64,000 bases of DNA from assembly GCA_041477065.1 (NCBI GenBank), contig JBGOUQ010000001.1, forward strand, positions 77,258-141,257, written 5' to 3'. Below, piece after piece: positions 32,267 to 44,352 of the stretch; positions within the stretch are counted from its first letter, which is position 1, and every line of letters starts with the position of its first letter. The notes under the pieces were generated by a model that worked only from the letters and a program-made list of their open reading frames with translations, was not told the DNA's origin and searched no databases. Origin of the DNA: Gemmatimonadota bacterium. GTDB taxonomy: Bacteria > Gemmatimonadota > Gemmatimonadetes > Gemmatimonadales > GWC2-71-9. Both the position numbers and the translations under genes were made by a program.

Positions 32267-33482
32267 GCGACAGCGCCAGCGCGATCACCAGCAGCGCCCC
32301 CACCAAGATCACGTTGCCGGCTTCGAGCGCGTTGTTGACGCGCTCGCCCACCCAGAGCGGCGCGGAGAGCGACAGGCACGCGAAGCTCCCCCACCACAGC
32401 GCCCAGCGCCACCGGCCGGCCGGCTGCTCCGACGAGCGGCGACGCAACCGATCCCAGCAGAACACATACGCGGCCACGAGGGTGACGTAGTGAGCCTTCC
32501 ACGCGAGCGGATCCACGACGATCAACGCACCCAGACAGATCGCCAGCTCGGCGGCCGTGCGCGGATCGCGCAGGTCGGGGGGATCGTGCCGGAACGCCCA
32601 GGCGAGCCCCGCGGCACCGAGCCCCGCGATCGCGTAGAACAGCGTGCGGCCGGCGCCCGGCAGTAGCCGCTTCAGCGCCGCGAGCAGCGACTGGTTGTAG
32701 TAGTGAGCGGTCGCCGCTCCCGCGATCTGCGCGTCCGACACCTCGCGCCATCGCTGCCAGAAGTGGACCGTCGCCTCCGGCCCGAACACCAGGGCGGGCA
32801 ACGCGAGATTGAGCAGCACGAGGAACGCGAGGGTCCACGCCGTCTCGCGCCACGCGCGCTTGTAGATCAGGTACACCACGAACGCCACCGGCACCGCTTT
32901 GATGCTCGCCGCCAGCGCCAGCGCGAGCCCGCCGGCCGCCGGCCGCGCCGCGCGGAACCAATGGAACGCCAGCAGCACCAGGAACAGCACCTGCAGGTTG
33001 ATCTGGGTGTGCTGCACATGCTCCTGAAACAGGCGCGCCATCATGACGAACGGCACCAGCACCGCGGTCGAAACGAACGCCAGGCGATCCTGCGAGCGAG
33101 GCCAGAAGGTCAGGGTGTCGCCACTCTCGAGATAAAGGCGGGCGCACAGTTTCAGGCAGCCCCAGATGGCGAGGACCCCACCGATTTGCCACAGGAGCTG
33201 CGCGCCGAGCAGGGAGACCCGGGCGAGCAGGGCGAGGCCGGCGCCGATGAAGAAGAAGAAGGGAGGCCAGGTATTGATGATCGCGAGGCCCCCGCCGTAG
33301 GGGGAATGGTGCTGTAGCACCGCCTCCCCCACCTGCACGTATCCGATGAATACGACGCTGTCCACCCGCCCCAGCGACCGCAACACCTCCGCACCCGCCC
33401 ACAGCAGCACCGCCGCGTAGATCGCGACAATCGCGGCGCGGGGCAGGCGCGTGTCGCGCGGGACGACGAGCGCCGTCTTCAC
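32220..33482 (-). CDS. Polytopic membrane glycosyltransferase-like protein (GT87/DUF2029-like)
   Basis: 420 aa with about 10 or more hydrophobic helices. Chosen over the R/A/G-rich track ORF 31975..33648 in another frame. Confidence 0.6.
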   Translation of the reverse strand: MKTALVVPRDTRLPRAAIVAIYAAVLLWAGAEVLRSLGRVDSVVFIGYVQVGEAVLQHHSPYGGGLAIINTWPPFFFFIGAGLALLARVSLLGAQLLWQIGGVLAIWGCLKLCARLYLESGDTLTFWPRSQDRLAFVSTAVLVPFVMMARLFQEHVQHTQINLQVLFLVLLAFHWFRAARPAAGGLALALAASIKAVPVAFVVYLIYKRAWRETAWTLAFLVLLNLALPALVFGPEATVHFWQRWREVSDAQIAGAATAHYYNQSLLAALKRLLPGAGRTLFYAIAGLGAAGLAWAFRHDPPDLRDPRTAAELAICLGALIVVDPLAWKAHYVTLVAAYVFCWDRLRRRSSEQPAGRWRWALWWGSFACLSLSAPLWVGERVNNALEAGNVILVGALLVIALALSLRPPSRPLPSRSAVP

Positions 33483-34762
33483 GCGGGCGCCGGCTCCAAC
33501 ACGAACCGCAGCCGGGCGTGGGCGGCGCGCAGCGCGCCCTCGACCGCCTCGGGTGTATCGCCCCTGGCGAAGATGAAGCCGGGGTAGCGCGACCCCTCGG
33601 GCAGCGGCACCAGCACCTCGCCCGGGTGCGCGGTGATGGCGACGTCATCCACCAGGGGCACCGCCCGCGCTTCGGCCACCCCGCGCACCTCCCGCAACCT
33701 GCCGGCGCCCGGGATCGGGATCATCATGACGCCAGCGGCCCGGCGCTCGCGCTCGAGGGCGGGCAACGGCATGCCGAGGGCGTGACGCAGGATCAGCTCC
33801 TCCAGCGAGACGTCATTCCCGAAGCGCAGCGCGGCGCTGCATCGTCCTCCGATCGGGCGCGCCGCCAGCTCGATCAGACACGGGCCGCGGTCGTTCCACC
33901 GCAGCTCGGCGTGCACCGGACCCTCGGCGAGGGTCAAGGCTCGGGCGGCGTCCTGCGCGCAGCGGGCCAGCGCTTCTTGCGCCGAGGCCGGCAGGCGCGA
34001 TGGCGTCACGTAGATCGTCTCCTCGAAAAACGGGCCGTCGAGCGGGTCGGGCTTGTCGAACAGCGCGAGGACGCGCAGGGTGCCGCCGATCAGCAGTCCC
34101 TCGAGCGCGACTTCGGGCCCCCGCACGAATTCCTCGATCAGGAACTGCCGCGCCCAATCGCCGCAGACTGCCGGATCGGATTGCTCGATGCTTCGCAACC
34201 GCAAGTGCATCGTGAGAAACTCGGCGGGGGTGTCGGCCCGCATGACGCCGCGACTCGCCGAGAGCCGCAGCGGCTTGATCACGCACGGATAGACGACCCG
34301 CTCGGCGAGCTGCTGGATTGGTGCGTCCAGCGCATGGAGGGAGAAGCGCGGCACCGGCACACCAGCGGCCGCGAGCGCCAGGCGTTGCCGGTGCTTGTCG
34401 CGGGCGGCGAGCGCCGCCGCGGGAGGATTGCCCCTTAGGCGCAGCGCCCCGGCGATCCCCGCCGCGACGACCACCGTGTCGTCGTCCACGCCGACCACCG
34501 CGTCAATCGGGTGCTCGCTGGCAAAGCGCTGGGCCTGATCCGCGGCCCGCTCGGGAGCGGCGAAGTCGAGGGTCAGCAGGTTGGCCGGTTGCGCGGGCTC
34601 GAAGGTGCTGGGCTGCTCGGAGGCGACCGTCAGCTCCACGCCGAGGCGGCGCGCTGCCTCGACAAAGGCGGTGGTCCGGTACGTAGTGGTCGGGAGGAGA
34701 AGCAGGACCCGGGACAGATTACTTCTTCGACGCCGCGAAGTAGGGGTCGGCGCCGGCCGCAT
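33479..34762 (-). CDS. ATP-grasp domain protein
   Basis: ATP-grasp-like YPCVIKPLRLSASRGVMRAD, FLIEEFVRGPEVALEGLL, ...VHAELRWND. The start overlaps the nfu 3' end by 44 nt, so the true start may be later. Confidence 0.7.
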   Translation of the reverse strand: MRPAPTPTSRRRRSNLSRVLLLLPTTTYRTTAFVEAARRLGVELTVASEQPSTFEPAQPANLLTLDFAAPERAADQAQRFASEHPIDAVVGVDDDTVVVAAGIAGALRLRGNPPAAALAARDKHRQRLALAAAGVPVPRFSLHALDAPIQQLAERVVYPCVIKPLRLSASRGVMRADTPAEFLTMHLRLRSIEQSDPAVCGDWARQFLIEEFVRGPEVALEGLLIGGTLRVLALFDKPDPLDGPFFEETIYVTPSRLPASAQEALARCAQDAARALTLAEGPVHAELRWNDRGPCLIELAARPIGGRCSAALRFGNDVSLEELILRHALGMPLPALERERRAAGVMMIPIPGAGRLREVRGVAEARAVPLVDDVAITAHPGEVLVPLPEGSRYPGFIFARGDTPEAVEGALRAAHARLRFVLEPAPA

Positions 34763-35348
34763 GGTCGGTGATATCGACGATCCCCTTGACCGCGGGGATC
34801 GACTGGTTGAGCATCGCCTCGATGCCTTGCCGCAGCGTGACGTCGGCCATGCCGCAGCCCTGGCACCCGCCGCCCAACCGCAGCATCACGACACCGTCTT
34901 GGACGTCGATTAGGTCGACGCGTCCGCCGTGTCGCGCCACCATCGGATTGACCTGGGCGTCGAACAGGCGCGCCACCTGGTCGTAGAGCGCGTCATCGTC
35001 CAGGGGACCCATCGGGGTGGCCTGTGGTTCCGCCTTCGGGGCGATCGGGGGCTGCGCGCCCGCCAGAGCGAGCCGGATCGCGCCGCCGACCGTCTTGCCG
35101 ATCGCCGACCACGGGGTGGGACTGTCTTTCACGACGGTGACGAGGTTCCCCGAGACGACGACTTCAGTGATGCCGGCGCCCGGAATCGCGAAGAGGTGCT
35201 CGGCGAGCGGGCTGCCTTTCGCCTCCTCGGGCGAGGTGAACCGCCGCAGACCGGCCGAGTGCACCGGCACCCCAACGACGAACTTGCAGCGCTGCGCGTC
35301 GATCGGCTCCGCGGTGATGGAGATGGGGGGGGGGGGGGGGCGGTCCAT
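34719..35348 (-). CDS. nfuA: Nfu/NifU-type Fe-S cluster scaffold/carrier (Nfu_N + NifU C-terminal domain)
   Basis: C-terminal VARHGGRVDLIDVQDGVVMLRLGGGCQGCGMADVTLRQGIE (CxxC). N-terminal Nfu_N-like SPLAEHLFAIPGAGITEVVVSGNLVTVVK. The start lies 10 nt after the metH stop. Confidence 0.85.
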   Translation of the reverse strand: MDRPPPPPISITAEPIDAQRCKFVVGVPVHSAGLRRFTSPEEAKGSPLAEHLFAIPGAGITEVVVSGNLVTVVKDSPTPWSAIGKTVGGAIRLALAGAQPPIAPKAEPQATPMGPLDDDALYDQVARLFDAQVNPMVARHGGRVDLIDVQDGVVMLRLGGGCQGCGMADVTLRQGIEAMLNQSIPAVKGIVDITDHAAGADPYFAASKK

Positions 35349-35357
35349 GCCGGGAAC

Positions 35358-39062
<3,705 letters not shown>

Positions 39063-39072
39063 CGTTCCCCTA

Positions 39073-39120
39073 AATGAAAAGCCCCGTCGCCAACACGGAC
39101 GCCGGGGTCCGGCGTTTTAG
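39073..39120 (-). terminator. Hairpin(s) plus U-tract immediately upstream of the metH RBS (terminator of the upstream gene, or an attenuator)
   Basis: Minus strand: CGCCGG-acc-CCGGCG (39115-39101) overlaps an alternative CCCCG...CGGGG stem (39108-39083) followed by CUUUUCAUUU. The metH ATG is ~10 nt further on. Confidence 0.3.
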
Positions 39121-39206
39121 CGAGTTGTTTAACGTGGCTGCAATAGCCGCAAATCACCACGGATTCGATTGTGTGCTGCCGATCGAAAGCTAACGCCGCG
39201 TGGGCC

Positions 39207-39605
39207 TCACTGGTAGCGCTCGATCAACCGTGCGGCGCCGCCTCGGGCGACGCGGATCAGCCCGCCGCCCCCCCGCACCGTGGGGTCGACCGGCAGCAGG
39301 GTCACCAGGGCCCCACCGGTGTCACGCTCGAACTTGAAGACCTGCAGCGGGATGCTCCCCCACCCGTGCGCGGAGTCGTCGGCCTGGAGGGCGCGGACCG
39401 CCGCCGTCACCGCGGCGATGCTGTCGGAATCTGGGCCGCGTGCGCCCCGGACGCCGATCCCGGTGGGGGTGGCGCCGACCCCCGCCGGCGGCGATCCGCG
39501 CGGCAGCTGCCGTCGCATCTGCCGGGCACGCCGGCCCAGCGTCAGCGTCGCCAGCATCGCGATCACGATGATGATCGCGACTGTGCGCCCCAGCTGTCGA
39601 TGCAC
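39207..39605 (-). CDS. Hypothetical membrane-anchored protein
   Basis: 132-aa ORF with N-terminal TM helix VAIIIVIAMLATLTLG. No recognisable motif. Confidence 0.4.
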   Translation of the reverse strand: MHRQLGRTVAIIIVIAMLATLTLGRRARQMRRQLPRGSPPAGVGATPTGIGVRGARGPDSDSIAAVTAAVRALQADDSAHGWGSIPLQVFKFERDTGGALVTLLPVDPTVRGGGGLIRVARGGAARLIERYQ

Positions 39606-39641
39606 GCCTCAATATAGCGCGTGTAAGCTGAGGTTAGGCAC

Positions 39642-40454
39642 TTAGGGCTTCTTGATCAGGATGAAATCCACGCCAGCCACGTGCTCGGCGCTGCCGACCG
39701 TGACCGCCTTCGTGACCGTCGTGTACCCCACCGCGCTGTCGGCCACGGTGTAGGCGCCGGGCGGCATGAACCACAAGGTGTAGGCCCCGGTGATCGTGTC
39801 GGCGAGCGCGCTCGTCACCGTGTCCGTGCCTTGGATCGCGAATACGTGGCCGTGCGCGGCTGGCGGCGAGGAGGTACCGGCGATCGAGCCGGCGAGGTCC
39901 ATCACGCTGCCGTGCAGGACGGGCTTGAAGAGCACGCCGTCGGGATGCGGGTGGTTGCCGAGAAAGACGAAGTTGCGGGAGATGTCGAAGTCGACTACGA
40001 GATCGGTCCGGCCCGGCGCGACGTCGACAGGACCGCCGAAGTTCACCTTCAACCCCGATTGACCGGCGCTCGGCGTCCGCATGGTCTTGGAGGTCGAGCC
40101 GTCCGCAAAGGTCATCCCGTCGGCGAGCGTCACGCGAGCGGAGTCCACCACCAATCGCAGCTGCTCGTAGTCGGCTGCCGGAATCAGGGAGCTGCCGAGC
40201 AGGGCCGTGACGCCGTTCTGGAGGGCCACGAAATCGTAGCGGGCCATTGTGTCTGCCACCGTGACGTGCCCCGAGTCGCCACCCACGAGATACGCCTTGG
40301 ACACCCAGATCGTGGCGCCGGCGATCCCCGCCATCGGAGCGTCCGTGAGACGAACAGTTACTTGGCTCAGCTGAGGACCGATGCCGGACCCCCGCTCACA
40401 ATTCGCGAGGACCGCGGCGCAAACGAGACCGGCGAGTGCGGGCACGCGCTTCAT
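39642..40454 (-). CDS. Lipoprotein, DUF4382-like N-terminal domain plus CarboxypepD_reg-like C-terminus
   Basis: Track ORF 39642..40607; ATG 40454. Lipobox LVCAAVLANC. VTVRLTDAP...DYEQLRLVV is typical of DUF4382. C-terminal TGAYTLWFMPPGAYTV. Confidence 0.55.
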   Translation of the reverse strand: MKRVPALAGLVCAAVLANCERGSGIGPQLSQVTVRLTDAPMAGIAGATIWVSKAYLVGGDSGHVTVADTMARYDFVALQNGVTALLGSSLIPAADYEQLRLVVDSARVTLADGMTFADGSTSKTMRTPSAGQSGLKVNFGGPVDVAPGRTDLVVDFDISRNFVFLGNHPHPDGVLFKPVLHGSVMDLAGSIAGTSSPPAAHGHVFAIQGTDTVTSALADTITGAYTLWFMPPGAYTVADSAVGYTTVTKAVTVGSAEHVAGVDFILIKKP

Positions 40455-40455
40455 A

Positions 40456-40493
40456 GGTTCGAGGCTCCGTCGTCGGTTCGAGGCTCCGTCGTC
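40456..40493. repeat. Perfect 19-bp tandem duplication
   Basis: ggttcgaggctccgtcgtc occurs twice (40456-40474, 40475-40493), directly upstream of the lipoprotein start codon. This duplicates the GGAGCC SD-like element on the minus strand. Confidence 0.9.
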
Positions 40494-40545
40494 GATACCC
40501 GACACTAAAGAGCCAGAAGCCCCGGGGAGGTAACGCCGAAATGCC

Positions 40546-41208
40546 TCAGGGACGATGCGGGTTGCCGGAGCCCTTGCCCGTCTTGGGGCCGCCGGGAGGA
40601 GAGCCACGCGCCGCGGTGGCTCGCGCCAGACCGGCGGCTGCTTGTGCAGGGGTCTGACCCCGCGCCATTTGCGCTTGCACGCTTCCCGGCAGGCGCTGGA
40701 GGTCCGCCGTCGCGCCGCCCGAGCGAACCGTCTCGCGGATCAGTTTCAAGGTGGCGGATGGCGGCACCCCCATGGCGGCGAGCGTCCCCGCCACGCGGAG
40801 CGTCGCCGCCGGCGTGTACGGGGGAACGCTCACCTTCACCAAGTCTCGGATCTCGGACCCGCTCAGCCCCGCCGCGACAGCGAAGGCGCCGGCCTCGATG
40901 GTCTCGGCGTCGGGCGCGCCGATTCCTCCCCCTCGGATCGCCCCGTCGGCGACGTCGAGCTGGGTGAGGACCAGGCGGACGGCCACCAGCACCCGTTCCG
41001 GGGCCACGCCTTTGGCGGCACCCTCGATGGCCTTGTCGACAAGGGGACCGGCGGGCAGTCCGCGAGCAACGGCCGAGTCGGTGAGCCCGCGGACCGCCGC
41101 GGCAACCGCCGGTGGCACTCGACCGTCCAGCCGAGCGGTGACGGCCTGCTGTGCAGTCAGACGGACCGGAAGGGCCGCGAGCAGCACGAGCGGCACGAAA
41201 CACCTCAC
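40546..41208 (-). CDS. Secreted hypothetical protein (Ala/Gly-rich)
   Basis: Signal peptide MRCFVPLVLLAALPVRLTAQQ. ATGA overlap with the upstream anti-sigma-like gene. Confidence 0.5.
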   Translation of the reverse strand: MRCFVPLVLLAALPVRLTAQQAVTARLDGRVPPAVAAAVRGLTDSAVARGLPAGPLVDKAIEGAAKGVAPERVLVAVRLVLTQLDVADGAIRGGGIGAPDAETIEAGAFAVAAGLSGSEIRDLVKVSVPPYTPAATLRVAGTLAAMGVPPSATLKLIRETVRSGGATADLQRLPGSVQAQMARGQTPAQAAAGLARATAARGSPPGGPKTGKGSGNPHRP

Positions 41209-41843
41209 AGTGCGCGCCCGCCCCCGCCGACCGCAATCAGGCTGTTGCGGCGGCCGAACCCGTCGTCCACGGCGGGCGCGGCGGGATCAGGGACCCAGCG
41301 CCGCCCGTCCACCACGAAAGCGTACTGGTACTGACCGCGCGGCAGGACGAGGGTGACGGTCCACACGCCCTCCTTCCCGGCGCGCACGAGCGGTGCGGCC
41401 GACTGGTCCCACTGATTGAAGGTGCCGGCGATGGCGACGCGCGTCGCCGCCGGCGCATAGAAGACGAAGCGTACCAGGGCACTCTCCGGCGCGACCACCG
41501 CTGTGGATCCCCCGCGCCTCGGCGCCGGTGAGCGGTTTAGCAGCACCACCAACGCGGCGGCGGCGGCGAGTGCCGGGCCCACGACCCATGGCCGGACACG
41601 GAATCGCAGCTCGCGCGGCTCGAAGATCCAACGCCACAGCCGCGCAGATGGCGAGCGCCCTCCGGCCCGCACGGCCGTCATGACCCGGGCATCGAGAGCA
41701 GCTGGGAGCGAGACGGGCGTCCTGTCCGCGACCGCGAGCAGCCGCAGCGCCTCCGCGCCTTCGGCCTGCAGCTCCGGCGGCAGCTCGGCGAGCCTGCTTT
41801 CGCCGTCGAGCAACCGCTTCACCAGAGGATGATACCTCGTCAT
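41205..41843 (-). CDS. Anti-sigma-like single-pass membrane protein with a periplasmic CBM48/AMPK-glycogen-binding-type domain
   Basis: Track ORF 41205..41891; ATG 41843 lies 4 nt after the sigma stop. TM helix WVVGPALAAAAALVVLL. C-terminal VRFVFYAPAATRVAIAGTFNQWD...GVWTVTLVLPRGQYQYAFVVDGRRWVPDP. Confidence 0.6.
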   Translation of the reverse strand: MTRYHPLVKRLLDGESRLAELPPELQAEGAEALRLLAVADRTPVSLPAALDARVMTAVRAGGRSPSARLWRWIFEPRELRFRVRPWVVGPALAAAAALVVLLNRSPAPRRGGSTAVVAPESALVRFVFYAPAATRVAIAGTFNQWDQSAAPLVRAGKEGVWTVTLVLPRGQYQYAFVVDGRRWVPDPAAPAVDDGFGRRNSLIAVGGGGRAL

Positions 41844-41847
41844 CGGC

Positions 41848-42513
41848 TCAGATCCTGTCCCTGAGGTGTACCCGGAGCCGGTCATACGCACGGTGCATCC
41901 GCATCTTGAGTGAAGGCACCGAGCCGCCGATCCGACAGGCGATCTCTTCGTACGACAAGCCCTCCACGTGCTTCAGTACGAATACCTCGCGCTGCTCCGG
42001 CGTCAGCGTCAGCAGCGCTCTCTGCAACGCTTGCCGCTGCTCCTTGGCTTCCACGAGGACGTCGGGCCGGTCCGACGTGGCAATCGCCCGGGCTTCCACG
42101 TCCACCAAGTCGTTTCCCGCGAATCGCTTTCCCCGTCGCCGCTCGGCAAAGCAGCGGTTCCGCAGGATGAGGAAGAACCATCCCGCGAAGTTGTCCGGTT
42201 CGCGGCATCGCGCCAACTCGTCGTACGCGCGGATGAAGGCGTCCTGCACCGCATCCTCTGCCGCGTCCACTGAGCCGAGCATGCGCGCTGCGTAGCGCGC
42301 GTAGCGGTCACGATAGCGACGCACCAGCTCGGCATAGCGTTCGACGTCGCCGGCCAACACGGCCCGCACGACCGCCCCATCAGTCGCCTCGTCCTGTAGA
42401 CCCAATCCGGAGCCTCGTGAATGTGCTTCGATGCTAGGGGACCGCCGGGGCTCCGGCAACCGCCTATGCATAAAGAGCATGCGCCTGAGCGGAGGTAACG
42501 AGCCCCGTCGCAC
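41848..42513 (-). CDS. ECF-type RNA polymerase sigma factor
   Basis: Region 2 (AEDAVQDAFIRAYDEL...) and region 4 (LSYEEIACRIGGSVPSLKMRMHRA). The start is uncertain (42513 or an internal Met near 42471). Confidence 0.85.
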   Translation of the reverse strand: MRRGSLPPLRRMLFMHRRLPEPRRSPSIEAHSRGSGLGLQDEATDGAVVRAVLAGDVERYAELVRRYRDRYARYAARMLGSVDAAEDAVQDAFIRAYDELARCREPDNFAGWFFLILRNRCFAERRRGKRFAGNDLVDVEARAIATSDRPDVLVEAKEQRQALQRALLTLTPEQREVFVLKHVEGLSYEEIACRIGGSVPSLKMRMHRAYDRLRVHLRDRI

Positions 42514-42553
42514 TGCGTTACCCCGAGGCCCGGCTGGGCGTCTTCATGACCGG

Positions 42554-42916
42554 ATGACCACGGACCATACCCCCGACCTGCCAACGCCGGATCAGGATCT
42601 GATGCGGCGCATCGCCTGCGGCGAGGCACAGGCGCTTCTGGAACTGCGCGCCCGGCACGATGGCACTCTGTACGAGATCGCCTACGCCGTGCTGGAGGAC
42701 CCCACGGACGCGACTCACGTCGTATCCGAGGCGTTCCTCCAGGCAGTCCGGGGAGCCATGCAATTCAACCCGGATTGCGGCTGTGTGCCGGTCTGGCTCA
42801 CCGGGATGGTCCTGCGTCGCGCCTGCGACGTGCTGCTGACCCGCACCCGGCAGAATGCCGCTTGGCGGGTCTCAGGCGTTGGGGACGGGCCCGGAACCCA
42901 ATCAACGAGGAGTTGA
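42554..42916 (+). CDS. Sigma-70 region-2-only protein (truncated ECF-like)
   Basis: Track ORF 42431..42916; start at MTTDHTP. ...LYEIAYAVLEDPTDATHVVSEAFLQAVRG resembles ECF region 2. No region 4 HTH follows. Confidence 0.4.
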   Translation: MTTDHTPDLPTPDQDLMRRIACGEAQALLELRARHDGTLYEIAYAVLEDPTDATHVVSEAFLQAVRGAMQFNPDCGCVPVWLTGMVLRRACDVLLTRTRQNAAWRVSGVGDGPGTQSTRS

Positions 42917-42920
42917 GGCC

Positions 42921-43274
42921 ATGTTTCGCTTCGTTGCGACGATGCTCACGTCACTCGCAGTGCCGGCGCTGCTCGCCGCGCAAACGCCCCAGGTCCCGAA
43001 CGCCCACCCATCCGACACCGCGAAGGCGAAGGTCGCCGCGGCGCAGGAGCACCGCGCCACACACATGCGCGGTAGCGTCATGGGCCCGGACAACCGTCCG
43101 ATCACCCCGGCGACTCCAGCGGTGCCAGCCACACGCGCCACGCCCGCGACCCCGGCGTCGGGCGGCAACCCAGCGACCCCTGCTGTTCCGGCCAAGCCCG
43201 CAACGCCCGCAGTCCCCGCGGCACCCGGCGGCAAACCGTCGAATCCCGGGCGATCGGGGAGTCATCGCCCGTAG
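42921..43274 (+). CDS. Secreted Pro/Ala/Thr-repeat protein
   Basis: Track ORF 42855..43274; ATG 42921. Signal peptide ...LAVPALLAAQ. Repeated ATPA(V)PA units. Confidence 0.5.
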   Translation: MFRFVATMLTSLAVPALLAAQTPQVPNAHPSDTAKAKVAAAQEHRATHMRGSVMGPDNRPITPATPAVPATRATPATPASGGNPATPAVPAKPATPAVPAAPGGKPSNPGRSGSHRP

Positions 43275-43296
43275 GACCGCATAGCTTTCCGGCAAG

Positions 43297-44352
43297 ATGC
43301 GATGGCTCCTCCTGCCGGTACTGCTGCAAGCCCAGGCCTCCATCGGTTTCGGAGTCGGCACCGTACGCTACGCCGGGGGGTCGAGTCTCTCGGTCGCGTC
43401 ACTGTCGCCCGGGCTGCAGTACGTCGCCCCGACTCTGGTGTTGCGCGCTGGAGCCGCGGTGGCTGCTCTCCCGCACGGCGACCGGTTCGCCCAGGGGCGC
43501 GCCGATCTCTGGGCCGCGACGCCACCACTGGCTGGTGGATGGCGCCTTGGAGCGGAAGGCAGTTGGAGCGCTACCACGCACAGTGCTGATGGAAAGACCA
43601 CCGCGCTGCACGGTGTGGCGGAAGTGCTGTGGGTGCGGCCGGGGTGGGGTGTCGGCGTCGGGGCTGGTCCGTCGGCGGGCTGGATCTCCGGGACGACATC
43701 GGTCACGGCGCTGCGCACGCGGGCGCGCGCGTGGTGGCGCACCGGTGGGGCGGGCTGGACCGCGAGCCTCGAGCCGACACGCTTCGTAGGCGCCTGGTTC
43801 ACCGATGTCAGCGCGAGCGTCACCGTTGAGGCGAGTCGCGTCAGCGCCACCGCCTGGGGCGCCGTGCGGACCAGCGCGGTCTACGGCTCGAGCGGCGCCG
43901 CCAGTGCGTTCGTTCAGGTGTTCCTGACTCCGTCCGGCGCGCTCGAGCTCGGTGGGGGCAGCTATCTGCGGGATCCGTACCAGGGCTTCCCGCGCGCGGG
44001 CTTTCTGACGGTCGGACTGCGACTGTTACGGCCGCCGCGTGCACCTCCCGCACGACCGACGACAGAACCTTCGTGGCCCCCGCTCATCCCGACCACACAC
44101 GGCGACACGGTCACGATACGGTTCCAGATGCCGCACGCCGACTCCGTTGCCATCGCGGGCGACTGGAACGGCTGGGCCCCGGTGCCGCTTCGGGCGCTCG
44201 CAGGCGAGGTGTGGGAGGCGCGGCTGCGACTCGCGCCTGGCACCTATCATTTCAATCTCCTGGTCGACGGCAAGGAATGGGTCGTGCCGCGTGGCGTGGC
44301 CACGGTGCCGGACGGTCTCGGCGGGATCGTCGGGGTGTTGATCGTCAATTAG
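43297..44352 (+). CDS. Secreted beta-rich protein with a C-terminal CBM48/AMPK-glycogen-binding-type domain
   Basis: Signal-like MRWLLLPVLLQAQA. Gly/Ala/Trp-rich beta-strand-like N-terminal region. C-terminal VTIRFQMPHADSVAIAGDWNGWAPVPL...GTYHFNLLVDGKEWVVP. Confidence 0.55.
   Translation: MRWLLLPVLLQAQASIGFGVGTVRYAGGSSLSVASLSPGLQYVAPTLVLRAGAAVAALPHGDRFAQGRADLWAATPPLAGGWRLGAEGSWSATTHSADGKTTALHGVAEVLWVRPGWGVGVGAGPSAGWISGTTSVTALRTRARAWWRTGGAGWTASLEPTRFVGAWFTDVSASVTVEASRVSATAWGAVRTSAVYGSSGAASAFVQVFLTPSGALELGGGSYLRDPYQGFPRAGFLTVGLRLLRPPRAPPARPTTEPSWPPLIPTTHGDTVTIRFQMPHADSVAIAGDWNGWAPVPLRALAGEVWEARLRLAPGTYHFNLLVDGKEWVVPRGVATVPDGLGGIVGVLIVN

Noticed and set aside
31975-33648. 557-aa minus-strand ORF overlapping the methyltransferase 3' end and the GT87-like gene.
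   Set aside because: It is an R/A/G/P-rich translation with no motif. The alternative frame 32220..33482 encodes a coherent polytopic membrane protein.
39063-39206. Cobalamin, SAM or SAH riboswitch upstream of metH.
   Set aside because: I could not find a B12 box or the conserved SAM/SAH cores by eye. It is retained only as a generic structured-leader finding pending a covariance-model scan.
40456-40493. GGTTCGAGG core considered as a tRNA T-arm or tRNA fragment (possible att site).
   Set aside because: The flanking bases cannot form a T-stem or acceptor stem. No anticodon arm, integrase or direct-repeat partner was seen.
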